From assembly GCA_028286565.1 (NCBI GenBank), contig JAQBRH010000004.1, positions 122,168 to 186,167 on the forward strand: a stretch of 64,000 nucleotides of DNA, given 5' to 3'. Below the pieces are notes generated by a model, which was not told where the DNA came from, ran no database searches, and worked only from the letters and a program-made list of their open reading frames with translations. The first letter of the stretch is position 1; each line of letters starts with the position of its first letter. The translations under genes and the position numbers were made by a program. Positions 1 through 8,974 of the stretch are shown piece after piece. This stretch comes from Parcubacteria group bacterium (GTDB taxonomy: Bacteria; Patescibacteriota; Minisyncoccia; Phycocordibacterales; Zambryskibacteraceae).

Positions 1-115
1 GGGCAAAACGCTCGAGCGGAGAAAGAGAGAGCTTGGTTTCTTTGACCGGATTCCGGAGGATCGGACGCTTGTCGCGAACTTCTTGAAGCGTCGGAAGCTC
101 GTGTTTGTATTGCAT
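1..115 (-). CDS. N-terminal fragment of a probable DUF1003-like membrane protein (runs off window)
   Basis: ATG at 115 reads MQYKHELPTLQEVRDKRPILRNPVKETKLSLSPLERFA open to the edge; TACTAT 6 nt upstream; family recalled from the RN..E....LS.LER.A pattern. Confidence 0.5.
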   Translation of the reverse strand, partial: MQYKHELPTLQEVRDKRPILRNPVKETKLSLSPLERFA

Positions 116-178
116 ACAGTAATAGTAGGCGGTTCTCGTACGTTAGTAAATAGGACAATATGTGCTATACTCACCCTA

Positions 179-697
179 ATAAACAAAGAATTGCAGACGA
201 CCCGCATTAACCATCGCATTACCGCCCGAGAGCTACGCGTTATCGGACCCGCCGGAGAGAACTTCGGCGTTATCCCTCTCGAGGAAGCCCTCCGCAAAGC
301 CGGAGAGCTTGGCCTTGACCTCATTGAGATCTCCCCTAACGCAAACCCTCCTGTAGCCAAGATCTCGGACTTCGGCAAGTATCAATACGAAGAGAACAAG
401 AAGCAAAAACTGGCCAAATCCAAATCCCATTCGGTCGAAGTAAAGACAGTCCAGGTCAAGCTCGGCACCGGAGACCACGACCTCAGCCTCAAAGCCAGGA
501 AGACCTCAGAGTGGCTCGCCGAGGGTAACCGGGTCAAGGTGGACCTCTTTCTCCCTGGACGAGCCAAGTACCTCGATGAGAAGTTCCTCAAGGAGAGGAT
601 CGAGCGCATGCTGAAGCTCCTCACTGTGCCCCACAAAGTGGCCGCCCCTGCGGTCAAAAGCCCTAAAGGCATGACGGTCATCGTCGAAAAGGCCTAG
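179..697 (+). CDS. infC: translation initiation factor IF-3
   Basis: RINHRITARELRVIG, LDLIEISPNANPPVAKI.DFGKYQYE; no in-frame ATG near the start, likely ATA179 or TTG191. Confidence 0.95.
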   Translation: MNKELQTTRINHRITARELRVIGPAGENFGVIPLEEALRKAGELGLDLIEISPNANPPVAKISDFGKYQYEENKKQKLAKSKSHSVEVKTVQVKLGTGDHDLSLKARKTSEWLAEGNRVKVDLFLPGRAKYLDEKFLKERIERMLKLLTVPHKVAAPAVKSPKGMTVIVEKA

Positions 698-785
698 AGA
701 GTCTACATAAACGGCCAAAGCTGGACAAAATCCGGCAAATCCGTAATATATACAACCTAGCCCCACGAGGGCCACTTCTAAAAAT

Positions 786-977
786 ATGGCTATGAAGACC
801 AACAAATCCTACGCGAAACGCCTCAAGGTCACAAAGACCGGTAAGATCTTGGCGCGCAAGACCGGACAGAACCACTTCAATTCCAAGGAGCGCCGAGCCC
901 AGAAGCTCGGAAAGAAGGGAAAGGTCGAATTTCATATGTCGAACAAAGAACGAAGCCGCTTCCTCGTGAACATGTAA
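786..977 (+). CDS. rpmI: 50S ribosomal protein L35
   Basis: MKTNKSYAKRLKVTKTGK; between infC and rplT. Confidence 0.95.
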   Translation: MAMKTNKSYAKRLKVTKTGKILARKTGQNHFNSKERRAQKLGKKGKVEFHMSNKERSRFLVNM

Positions 978-993
978 TCTATTATTTAATCCC

Positions 994-1338
994 ATGACCA
1001 GAGTCAAAAAAGGCGTAAACGCCCTCAAATCCAGACGAAATATCCTCCGAAAGGTAAAAGGATACAGACACGGACGATCGACCAAAGAGCGCCAGGCGAA
1101 CGAGGCCATCTTCCACGCCGGCACTTACGCCTTCGCCCACCGCAGAGACAAGAAGGGAGATTTCCGCCGACTCTGGAACGTCAAGATGAGCGCGAGCCTC
1201 AAAGAGCTTGGAACCTCATACTCGAAGTTCATCAATGCGTTGAAAAAGTCCGAGATCGCCCTCGATCGAAAGATCCTCGCCCACCTCGCCGAATTCCATC
1301 CGGAAACATTCAAAAAGATCGTCGAAACAGCAAAATAA
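994..1338 (+). CDS. rplT: 50S ribosomal protein L20
   Basis: MTRVKKG...AFAHRRDKKGDFRRLW. Confidence 0.97.
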   Translation: MTRVKKGVNALKSRRNILRKVKGYRHGRSTKERQANEAIFHAGTYAFAHRRDKKGDFRRLWNVKMSASLKELGTSYSKFINALKKSEIALDRKILAHLAEFHPETFKKIVETAK

Positions 1339-1365
1339 AAAAACTCCGGGAAACCGGAGTTTTTT
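1339..1365. terminator. bidirectional intrinsic terminator
   Basis: AAAAACTCCGG-GAAA-CCGGAGTTTTT between convergent genes. Confidence 0.85.
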
Positions 1366-1367
1366 AT

Positions 1368-1532
1368 TTATCGACTGATCTTGAATCCTATATAAATGCC
1401 GATGATGGCGCCGATGGCGCTGCAGAAGACGCCGGAAAAAGAGAGCGAGCCCGCGCCCCAGAGAGCCGGGACGAAGTTCCCTACCGTAGAACCCACGAAC
1501 ATCCCGAACCATATCATTTGTTTTTGATCCAT
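1368..1532 (-). CDS. 54-aa Gly-rich small membrane protein (below ORF-track cutoff)
   Basis: MDQKQMIWFGMFVGSTVGNFVPALWGAGSLSFSGVFCSAIGAIIGIYIGFKISR*; fills the gap between the beta-CASP gene and the terminator. Confidence 0.8.
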   Translation of the reverse strand: MDQKQMIWFGMFVGSTVGNFVPALWGAGSLSFSGVFCSAIGAIIGIYIGFKISR

Positions 1533-1534
1533 GA

Positions 1535-2899
1535 TTATAGATCTAGTTCATAGTGCTTCCCTCTTTCGGGCTGGACGGCGGTGACGCCGAGCTCGTCGTG
1601 AAGGCGCTGACAGAGGAAGGCCGCGGCCCTCGGCTCGCCCATAGCCACGAATACTTTCTTCACCGTCTCCGCTGTGTGAGAAGCAAATTCGACGAGGCCA
1701 TTCGAATCTTTATGCGCGCTGAATCCGTCGATCTTCTCTACGTGAGCGCGAAGCGGGATCCGCTCGCCTTTGATGAATACCTCCTTGCCTCCCTCTTCGA
1801 TGATGCGGCCGAGGGTGCCGACGGCTTGGTAGCCGACGAGGAGAAGGGTGGCGTTCGGATCAGGGAGAAAGGTCATCTCGTGGTTGACGATCCTGCCCGC
1901 GGTCGACATGCCCGATCCGGCCATGATGATCTTCGGTCCGGGAATGCGGACAAGCTCGTGAGACTCGCGCGCCTGGGCGATGGAGCGGAGCTTTGGGAAG
2001 ACAAAGATATCATCTCCGGCTTTGATGTCCGCCTGGACCGACGGCTTATATTCTTTCGAAACCCGTTCATAGATCTGCGTCACTCGGATGGCGAGCGGAG
2101 AGTCGAGGAACACCGGGACGGTCGGGATCTCTTTTGATTCAAAAAGTTCGTTCAGCTTGTACAAGAGGACTTGAGTCCGCTCGAGAGAGAAAACCGGGAT
2201 GAGAAGTGTGCCCTTCTTCTCTATGACTCGTCTGAGGACATCCTTGAATTTTTGGTCCCTGACGGCTTTGTCCTCGTGGTTCCTATCCCCGTACACCGAA
2301 TCCATAAGGAGATAGTCGAGGCCGGAAACGTTCTCAGTGTCTCGAAGCAGGGCCGAAGGAGAGTTGCCCAGATCTCCCGTGAAGAGGATGGATCGGCCCG
2401 AAGAGAATGTAAATTTGTACATGGCCGACCCGAGAATGTGGCCCGCATCAAAAAGTTCGACAGAAAAGCCTTCAAAGTCCTGTTTTGCATGATACTCGAT
2501 CGGACGCCACATATGCATAGTCCGATCAACGTCGTGGGCGGTGTAGAGAGGCAGGGTGCCTTCTCTTCTGGCATTACCTTCGGTGATCTTCGCCGTATCC
2601 ATAAGCATCAATTCGGCGATGGCTTTCGTCTCAGGCGTCGAATAGATGATCCCTTTAAAGCCGTCCTTCACGAGCTTTGGGATCTTGCCGATGTGATCTA
2701 TGTGAGCGTGTGTGATGAAGAGAAGATCGATAAGAGTAGGATCATAATCGAACTTCGAAGCGTTCACTTCATCCGCTCCATGCACGCCCTGAAGCAACCC
2801 GCAGTCGATAAGACATTTTTTAGATCCGGTCTCAAGCAAAAAATTGGCGCCGGTCACGGCCCCGACCCCCCCGTAGCATGTAAGGGCAGGTTTAGACAT
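1535..2899 (-). CDS. MBL-fold beta-CASP ribonuclease (YSH1/TTHA0252-like)
   Basis: THAHIDHIG, AGHILGSA, GDLG, SGMSTAGRIVNH, FSAH. Confidence 0.92.
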   Translation of the reverse strand: MSKPALTCYGGVGAVTGANFLLETGSKKCLIDCGLLQGVHGADEVNASKFDYDPTLIDLLFITHAHIDHIGKIPKLVKDGFKGIIYSTPETKAIAELMLMDTAKITEGNARREGTLPLYTAHDVDRTMHMWRPIEYHAKQDFEGFSVELFDAGHILGSAMYKFTFSSGRSILFTGDLGNSPSALLRDTENVSGLDYLLMDSVYGDRNHEDKAVRDQKFKDVLRRVIEKKGTLLIPVFSLERTQVLLYKLNELFESKEIPTVPVFLDSPLAIRVTQIYERVSKEYKPSVQADIKAGDDIFVFPKLRSIAQARESHELVRIPGPKIIMAGSGMSTAGRIVNHEMTFLPDPNATLLLVGYQAVGTLGRIIEEGGKEVFIKGERIPLRAHVEKIDGFSAHKDSNGLVEFASHTAETVKKVFVAMGEPRAAAFLCQRLHDELGVTAVQPERGKHYELDL

Positions 2900-3284
2900 A
2901 TCTTTTTATTCCGGCGAGGAACCCCGCGAGCGCGCCGCCGAACGTGTCCGCCAAGAGATCATGAAATGTATCGAGCGCATATCCTTCGGTCGACTGGGTC
3001 AGGCCGTTTGCATACTCAAAGAGCTCCCATCCTGCTCCGACGACAACGGTCAAGAAGAGCGAGGTAAAGAATATTTTCTTCCTGCTCGGCAGCTCCGAGC
3101 CGAAGATCCCCGAATACAGAGAGAGCCACACCATGAAAAATCCGACGCCTACCCCTCCGGTGAAGTGCACAAGGTTATCGAACCACCACGCCGTCCAATA
3201 CAGATACAGATAGCTGCCCAAAAGGTGCAAGATGAACATAAGAAAAAAGAGCCCGAGAGAAACAAAAAGGAATTTAGACTTCAT
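2892..3284 (-). CDS. integral membrane protein (VanZ/DUF2238-like)
   Basis: hydrophobic; WWFD.LVHF.GG, WELFEY, DT.HDL.AD; TATAAT 6 nt before ATG3284. Confidence 0.7.
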   Translation of the reverse strand: MKSKFLFVSLGLFFLMFILHLLGSYLYLYWTAWWFDNLVHFTGGVGVGFFMVWLSLYSGIFGSELPSRKKIFFTSLFLTVVVGAGWELFEYANGLTQSTEGYALDTFHDLLADTFGGALAGFLAGIKRYV

Positions 3285-3296
3285 GTGATCATTATA

Positions 3297-3317
3297 ACCC
3301 TTCGACAAGCTTAGGGT
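3297..3317. repeat. short REP-like hairpin repeat (TTCGACA(A/G)GCT core), copy 1
   Basis: ACCCTTCGACAAGCTTAGGGT; related copy at 39550-39568. Confidence 0.55.
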
Positions 3318-3324
3318 AAACAGA

Positions 3325-3359
3325 TACTAAAAATCTGCTCCGAAGAGCAGAGTTTTAGT
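3325..3359 (-). terminator. terminator of the 6S-like RNA
   Basis: CTGCTC-CGAA-GAGCAG with A/T tails, abutting the RNA 3' end. Confidence 0.75.
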
Positions 3360-3481
3360 AGGGTTATTTTCAGTATACCCTAGTTATAAAACTAGGTGGG
3401 TGCCCGCAATTCGTGACCAAGATCTCGAATGATGTAAGACTCCCTGAAAAAAGTTTGCTAGATAATACCTCAAATAACCCT
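3360..3481 (-). ncRNA. ssrS: compact 6S RNA
   Basis: 10-bp closing helix AGGGUUAUUU/AAAUAACCCU, central bubble, GGGAGUC paired to GGGCACCCACCU (6S-type motif), TATAAT at 3488-3493, terminator directly downstream. Confidence 0.75.
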
Positions 3482-3546
3482 TGCCATATTATACTCTCCC
3501 CGTCCTTCTTGGGAACCTGAAAACCTCTGGATAAGAGAGTACGAAA

Positions 3547-4149
3547 TTATTCGAGAATGCCGTCAATGTTCGCATCGTAGAGTATCTTCTCTTGGATCGA
3601 TGTATAGCCGATGAGCTCTTCGGGTCTCCACCAGATCTGTATCTCCCGCTCGGCTTCTTCTATCTTGTCTGAACAGTGCATGAGGTTCCTGACCGCTCGG
3701 CCGTCGACGTTGGCTATCTCATATGAATCGAGGGTAAGGTCTCCTCGGATAGTGCCGACGTCGGAGGTGGTAGGTTCGGTGCCACCGACGAGCTTTTTCA
3801 CGATATCCACCGCCTTGTTGCCTTCTACAACGAATCCGACGATCGGCCCGAGAGTGAAGTATCTATAAAGAGCGTCCAAAATGCCTCGACCGTATTCGAG
3901 AGCGGTCTTTTCTGCGGTTCCGCCGTTCTTAATGAGAGCATCAATGGTCCTCTGCCCCGCCTTCTCACACCAAGCGTCGTCCTTGCCATAATGTTCGACG
4001 GTTTTGTCCATAGCCGGGACGAACATCTTGAGCCCGACGATCTTGAGACCGGTCCGCTCGATCCGGCTGATGATCTCCCCTACGAGTCCCCGCTGTACGC
4101 CGTCGTGCTTCACCACCACGAATGTCCGCTCTTTCTTTGGATGATTCAT
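3547..4149 (-). CDS. ndk: nucleoside-diphosphate kinase
   Basis: ERTF..VK.DGVQRGLVGEII.RIE, GTIRGD, RNLMHCSD. Confidence 0.95.
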   Translation of the reverse strand: MNHPKKERTFVVVKHDGVQRGLVGEIISRIERTGLKIVGLKMFVPAMDKTVEHYGKDDAWCEKAGQRTIDALIKNGGTAEKTALEYGRGILDALYRYFTLGPIVGFVVEGNKAVDIVKKLVGGTEPTTSDVGTIRGDLTLDSYEIANVDGRAVRNLMHCSDKIEEAEREIQIWWRPEELIGYTSIQEKILYDANIDGILE

Positions 4150-4199
4150 ATGATTTTGTTAGAAAATGAGTATACCAGACCCAATAAAAAAAGCTCGCC

Positions 4200-4535
4200 C
4201 TACACGGAGACGAGCTTGGAAAGAATGCCCCCGACGAGCTGCTTGGTGGGGAGCTTCCCGAAATGAGGCTCGGGGATCGGATCGATGACGCTGACCATGA
4301 AGGCCACCTCGAGGAGCTCCTTCCTAAGGGCGGACAAGAGGGACGGGGCCGCGTTCTTGTCCTCATCATCATACGGTCCGCAGGTGAACTCCTGGCCTTT
4401 GAATTCCACGTGTATGCAGTACATCGGACTCTCCGGAGGGGGTGTCTCGCGGTAGCTTACTATACCCACAACGCTCGCGCCAGCAAAAGAAAAACCGCCA
4501 AGCACGTGAGGTGCGGCGGCTATTAAGAAGGACAT
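4200..4535 (-). CDS. hypothetical protein
   Basis: 111-aa ORF overlapping the upstream orphan; no recognised motif. Confidence 0.4.
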   Translation of the reverse strand: MSFLIAAAPHVLGGFSFAGASVVGIVSYRETPPPESPMYCIHVEFKGQEFTCGPYDDEDKNAAPSLLSALRKELLEVAFMVSVIDPIPEPHFGKLPTKQLVGGILSKLVSV

Positions 4536-4963
4536 AACTCTAAATAAAAGAAATTGTGCGCTCGAAGAAACTCAACCAGCTCTCCTGAAGTGAGGCTGCG
4601 TCCAAGCTCCTTCTGAACAGCTAGCACCTCAGCGGCAATTAAGGCACGCTTAGTGTGCCTTGCAGAAAAACCCTGAGCTTGAAATTCTTCTACTCGGCTC
4701 GCCCACTCTCTGGTCCAAATTGAGAACCTGGACATAGGACGGAAACGGTTATTCGCGTCATCCCACACACGCACAGCGCGCAATCCCCGCAATCTGTCAT
4801 GAGGGTTTATACCGTGCTTGTTGCATTGTTGTCTTGCCCACTCTCGTGTTCGGTCAAAAATAAGTCCAATGTCGTGGAGGGAATATTGCTCTTCCTCAAT
4901 CAGCAACCTAAGTGAGGGCACGAAGTCTTTATGGCTCACAAGAGAGCTCGCCTTACGTCCCAT
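4523..4963 (-). CDS. hypothetical protein with sigma-70 region 4-like HTH
   Basis: YSLHDIGLIFDRTREWARQ; own TATAAT promoter and AGGAG SD. Confidence 0.55.
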   Translation of the reverse strand: MGRKASSLVSHKDFVPSLRLLIEEEQYSLHDIGLIFDRTREWARQQCNKHGINPHDRLRGLRAVRVWDDANNRFRPMSRFSIWTREWASRVEEFQAQGFSARHTKRALIAAEVLAVQKELGRSLTSGELVEFLRAHNFFYLELCPS

Positions 4964-5031
4964 GAGGCTCCTATGGAAAAGAACGGGGGAATTTTTATCT
5001 AAGGTTATTATATCACACTTATTATAAAAAT

Positions 5032-5802
5032 CTAGTCCCTCGTCAAAACGATGTTTCCTTCTTCGGTGATGGCCACTGTATGCTCAAAATGGGCGCTCCT
5101 TGAGCCGTCCTTGGTCTTTATCGTATATCCGTCGTCCGTCAGTTTGATGCCCGGCTTGCCGATGTTCACCATCGGCTCTATAGCTATGACCATGCCCGGG
5201 ACAAGCTTCTCGCCTTTCCCCGCCCGTCCGAAATTCGGCACGTAGGGATCCTCGTGGACCGCATATCCGACGCCGTGTCCGACCAGATCTTCGGCCAGAG
5301 AGAACCTGGATGCATTCACAACATCGGTGATAGCTTCGCCGATATCTCCGATGTGGCTTCCCGGCTGTGCGGCACTGATCCCCGCTTCGAGCGCGACCTT
5401 CGTCACCTGGAGAAGCGTTCGGGCTTCATCGTCTATGGCCCCTACTCCGACCGTGATCGCCGAATCGGTGAACAGCCCTTTATGAATGATAGAAAGATCG
5501 ATGGTCACGATGTCCCCCTGCTTCAAGACCTTCGGGACTTCGTTCGGGATACCGTGCACGATCTCGTCGTTTATTGAAACGCAGAGCACCGCGGGGAACG
5601 GCCGTGAAGCGCCCTCGGGCCGATAGCCGAGATGAGCCGGCTTGTCCCCTCCTTCTCGGACAAGTCGCGCCGCCTCTTCTTCGAGGATAAGGGTCGACAT
5701 CCCCGGTTCGACCATTTCGGCGAGGGCGCGAAGAATTTCCGCGTGGCGCTTGCCTCCTTCGCGGAGAATTTCTATCTCTTCTCTGGTCTTAGTTTTTATC
5801 AT
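5032..5802 (-). CDS. map: methionine aminopeptidase type I
   Basis: C.SINDEIVHGIP, DSAIT, GHGVG..VHEDP, AIEPM, SAHFEHT. Confidence 0.97.
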   Translation of the reverse strand: MIKTKTREEIEILREGGKRHAEILRALAEMVEPGMSTLILEEEAARLVREGGDKPAHLGYRPEGASRPFPAVLCVSINDEIVHGIPNEVPKVLKQGDIVTIDLSIIHKGLFTDSAITVGVGAIDDEARTLLQVTKVALEAGISAAQPGSHIGDIGEAITDVVNASRFSLAEDLVGHGVGYAVHEDPYVPNFGRAGKGEKLVPGMVIAIEPMVNIGKPGIKLTDDGYTIKTKDGSRSAHFEHTVAITEEGNIVLTRD

Positions 5803-6397
5803 ACTGATATTTGGCAATGATGTCCGAGTGGACCTTCTCGATCGGCTGTTCGCCGTTCACTTCGATGTAGAGGTAGTCCGAATTATGCTTATAGTACTCG
5901 ATGGCCGGCACGACATCCTTCTCAAACCAATCGAGCCGCTTGTTTATCTTCGCAAGCGTCGTGTCGTCCATGCGCCCTCGGGCGAGGAGATGCGTCTCCG
6001 ACCATTTCCTGCCGACCTCGATGTTGATGACCACGGGCCGTTCGCGCTTGTAGAATTTGATCGCCGTATCGAGCATTTCCGCCTCCGGCCTCGAACGAGG
6101 CGCTCCGTCGAAGATAAGATGCATATCGGCTTCGAGCTCGGAGAGAAGCATGTCTCCCCACATGAGCCCCGCAAGGAATGCCGGCTGAAGCGTGCCCTGC
6201 TCGTAGATATCTTTGGAAAGCTTGGCGGAAAAGGTCTTCTCGCGGATAAATGAGCGGAATTTTTCTCCTGTTTCCACATAGAGGATCTGCCGCTTCTCTT
6301 TGTCCAAGAGATTAATGCGGTTGCGAATGAGCGTGGCTTGCGTGCCCTTGCCCGAGCCGGAACGGCCGATAAGAATAATAGTAGTGAGTTCCACCAC
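5789..6397 (-). CDS. adk: adenylate kinase family (short LID)
   Basis: GRSGSGKGTQ, DGAPR, GR.DD; between secY and map. Confidence 0.88.
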   Translation of the reverse strand: MVELTTIILIGRSGSGKGTQATLIRNRINLLDKEKRQILYVETGEKFRSFIREKTFSAKLSKDIYEQGTLQPAFLAGLMWGDMLLSELEADMHLIFDGAPRSRPEAEMLDTAIKFYKRERPVVINIEVGRKWSETHLLARGRMDDTTLAKINKRLDWFEKDVVPAIEYYKHNSDYLYIEVNGEQPIEKVHSDIIAKYQYDKN

Positions 6398-6414
6398 CTT
6401 ATTCTACCTTACTC

Positions 6415-7686
6415 TTAATATTCTTTAACGGAAATTTGCGCATCGATCTTCTTGACGAGATCGATAACCACCGACACGACGATGAGGAGCGCGGTGCCTC
6501 CGATAGCGAGCGACTGAATGCCCGTGATCGCCTTGAGGATGAGAGGGAGGACGGCGATGAATCCGAGGAAGAGTGCTCCGACGAGGGTAAGGCGGGTCAG
6601 GATGCGAGAGATATAGTCTGCGGTCGGCTGGCCCGGTCGAACTCCGGGGATGAAGGCGCCTGATTTCTGAAGGTTCGTTGAGATCTGATCCGGATCAAAG
6701 GTAACGGCGGTGTAGAAGTAGGTGAAGAGGAAGACCAGGATGAAGTAGGCGATAGCATAGAAAAGCTGATTAGCCAGAAGGCCAAGAAGCACCGTCGAGA
6801 TGTGCTTGACCGCCGCAACCGAAGAATTAACCAAGAACTGGAGGATCATCTGCGGGAAGAGAAGGATCGAAAGGGCGAAGATGATCGGAATAACGCCGGC
6901 CTGGTTCACGCGAAGCGGAAGGTATGTTGATACTCCTCCTGAAGAAGCACCGCCTCTTGCCTGCTTGGCATAGGTGATGGGGATCGGCCGCTCGGCTTCG
7001 GTGATGTAGACCACCCCGAAGATCACAAGGAGGGTGACGACGATGCCGACGGCGTAGACCGGAAGGAGGGCGGGGGTAAAGGTGATCTGAAGCTGGGCAA
7101 GGCTCGCCGGAAGGCGCGAGACGATACCCGCAAAGATGATAAGGGAAATTCCGTTCCCCGCTCCGAATTCGCTAATGAGCTCGCCGAGCCAGACGAGGAG
7201 CATCGAACCCGCCACGACGACCAGGATGTCGAGGGCAAAGGCCGAGAATGAGAGATGAGGAAGCACTCCCTGTCTTTGGAAGAGAACGATGAAAGAGAAG
7301 GCCTGAAGAACCGCCAAAGGGACCGAGAGGAGGCGGGAGTATTGCGCAAAGCGCCGTCGTCCGGCATCGCCTTCGTCCTGATACATGGCTTTCATCTTGG
7401 GCACCATGAACGTCAGGAGCTGCATGATGATCGAGGCGGTGATGAACGGGCCGACCCCGAGCATGACGACCGAGAGCGTCGAGAGGCCGCCTCCGGAGAA
7501 AATATTCAAAAGGTTCAAGAACTGGCTGCCGTTAAAGAGGCTCTGCAGACGAGCGGCGTCGATGCCCGGGATCGGGATGACCGCCAGCACTCGTGAGGCG
7601 ACCAAAAGCCCGAGGGTAACGATTATCCTACGACGCAAGGTATCGTCCATAAAGACGAGCCGTAATTTTTCAAAAAAGGCCTTCAT
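6415..7686 (-). CDS. secY: preprotein translocase SecY
   Basis: LGVGPFITASIIMQLL, GNGISLIIFAGI, IPGVRPG, GGTALLIVV. Confidence 0.98.
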   Translation of the reverse strand: MKAFFEKLRLVFMDDTLRRRIIVTLGLLVASRVLAVIPIPGIDAARLQSLFNGSQFLNLLNIFSGGGLSTLSVVMLGVGPFITASIIMQLLTFMVPKMKAMYQDEGDAGRRRFAQYSRLLSVPLAVLQAFSFIVLFQRQGVLPHLSFSAFALDILVVVAGSMLLVWLGELISEFGAGNGISLIIFAGIVSRLPASLAQLQITFTPALLPVYAVGIVVTLLVIFGVVYITEAERPIPITYAKQARGGASSGGVSTYLPLRVNQAGVIPIIFALSILLFPQMILQFLVNSSVAAVKHISTVLLGLLANQLFYAIAYFILVFLFTYFYTAVTFDPDQISTNLQKSGAFIPGVRPGQPTADYISRILTRLTLVGALFLGFIAVLPLILKAITGIQSLAIGGTALLIVVSVVIDLVKKIDAQISVKEY

Positions 7687-7691
7687 GGTAG

Positions 7692-7970
7692 TTAGGCGTT
7701 AGGAGCCTTCTTCGCACGCTTCTCGGCGAGATGAGCCCGGAGCGATGCGCCGACAAGCTTAACCTCTCGTGACTTGAATGAGTTTTTGCCTCGTCCGCGA
7801 AGCTTTGGGAAGCGCTTGATGAAATCGCGAAGTTCAGGGCGCTTCTTGCGTCCGGCTCGAGCGTTCTGACCTTTGGTCCCCTTTCCGCTGGTCTTTCCGC
7901 GAGTACCGCCTCGTCCAACCTGCTGAGAGGTTACGCGCTTGGTCCTGGCTTTAAGTGTGTGAGACTGCAT
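7692..7970 (-). CDS. rplO: 50S ribosomal protein L15 (C-terminally truncated)
   Basis: VGRGG.RGKTSGKG.KGQ.AR.G, PKLRG. Confidence 0.9.
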   Translation of the reverse strand: MQSHTLKARTKRVTSQQVGRGGTRGKTSGKGTKGQNARAGRKKRPELRDFIKRFPKLRGRGKNSFKSREVKLVGASLRAHLAEKRAKKAPNA

Positions 7971-7990
7971 AAAATTATGTATAGTGAAAA

Positions 7991-8641
7991 CTATTTTGAA
8001 GGTCTGATCTTCGTGTGTTCGAGCTGCCTCAAAGCTTCGATGGCAACATAGGCATTGTTGATGCTGTTCTTCGATCGGGACAAGAGCTTGGAAGAAACTT
8101 CCTTGATGCCCGCGAGTTCGAGGACGGTTCGGATGCTTGATCCGGCGAGCATTCCCTTGCCCGGAGCGGGCATGATCTTCACTCGGGAAGCCGCGTACTT
8201 GGCCTCGATCTCATGAGGAATGGACATGTTCGCGGTGGTGTTCACTTTGATCATGTTCTTCTTTGCGTCTCGGAAAGCCTTCTCGATAGCGAGCGGAGTG
8301 TCCGTCGCCTTTCCTTGTCCGACTCCGACGACGCCCTTCCTGTTACCTGCAACGACGCAGACAGAGAAAGCGAATCGGCGTCCTCCGGAGGTCACTCGAG
8401 TCACGCGCCTGAGGCTCACGATCTTTTGATCAAATTCGGGCTTCTGTCTTGTGTCTCGGCGAGGGCCTCGATTTCGTTGGCCGCTCTTTCCTCCTCTGCC
8501 TCGATCCCCTCCTCTGTCGCCTCCGCGTCCGCGAGATCGATCGAATTCAGGAGCTGGGGCAGCGGCCTGGACCAGAGGAACAACCGCTTCGGCGATCGGA
8601 GCTTCGGTAACTGCTGCGGTTGGGATGATTGTTTCGTCCAT
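7991..8641 (-). CDS. rpsE: 30S ribosomal protein S5
   Basis: RRVTRVTSGGRRFAF, PAPGKG..AG. Confidence 0.97.
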   Translation of the reverse strand: MDETIIPTAAVTEAPIAEAVVPLVQAAAPAPEFDRSRGRGGDRGGDRGRGGKSGQRNRGPRRDTRQKPEFDQKIVSLRRVTRVTSGGRRFAFSVCVVAGNRKGVVGVGQGKATDTPLAIEKAFRDAKKNMIKVNTTANMSIPHEIEAKYAASRVKIMPAPGKGMLAGSSIRTVLELAGIKEVSSKLLSRSKNSINNAYVAIEALRQLEHTKIRPSK

Positions 8642-8645
8642 TGTT

Positions 8646-8960
8646 TTAAAATTTAAGTCCGGCTTCTCGGGCGCTGTCTGCGAGGATCTTTACCTTGCCT
8701 GTATATACATACCCGCCTCGGTCGAACACGACGGCTTCCACTTTCTTCGCGAGTGCGCCCTTGGCGATCTCTGCACCGACCTTCTTCGCATCAGTGCCTT
8801 TGGCTGCGGCGAGGGTCACTCCCTTGGTGTCGTCGATGATCTGAGCATAGAGAGATGTGTTCGATTTGAAAACGCAGAGGCGAGGGCGCGCCGCTGTACC
8901 GGATACGGTTGATCGTATCTTCTTGTGGTTCCTATCTCGTTTTTCTTTAGTGGTAGCCAT
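8646..8960 (-). CDS. rplR: 50S ribosomal protein L18
   Basis: RPRL.VFKSN, VFDRGGY.Y.G. Confidence 0.97.
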   Translation of the reverse strand: MATTKEKRDRNHKKIRSTVSGTAARPRLCVFKSNTSLYAQIIDDTKGVTLAAAKGTDAKKVGAEIAKGALAKKVEAVVFDRGGYVYTGKVKILADSAREAGLKF

Positions 8961-8974
8961 TGTTGTGTATCACA

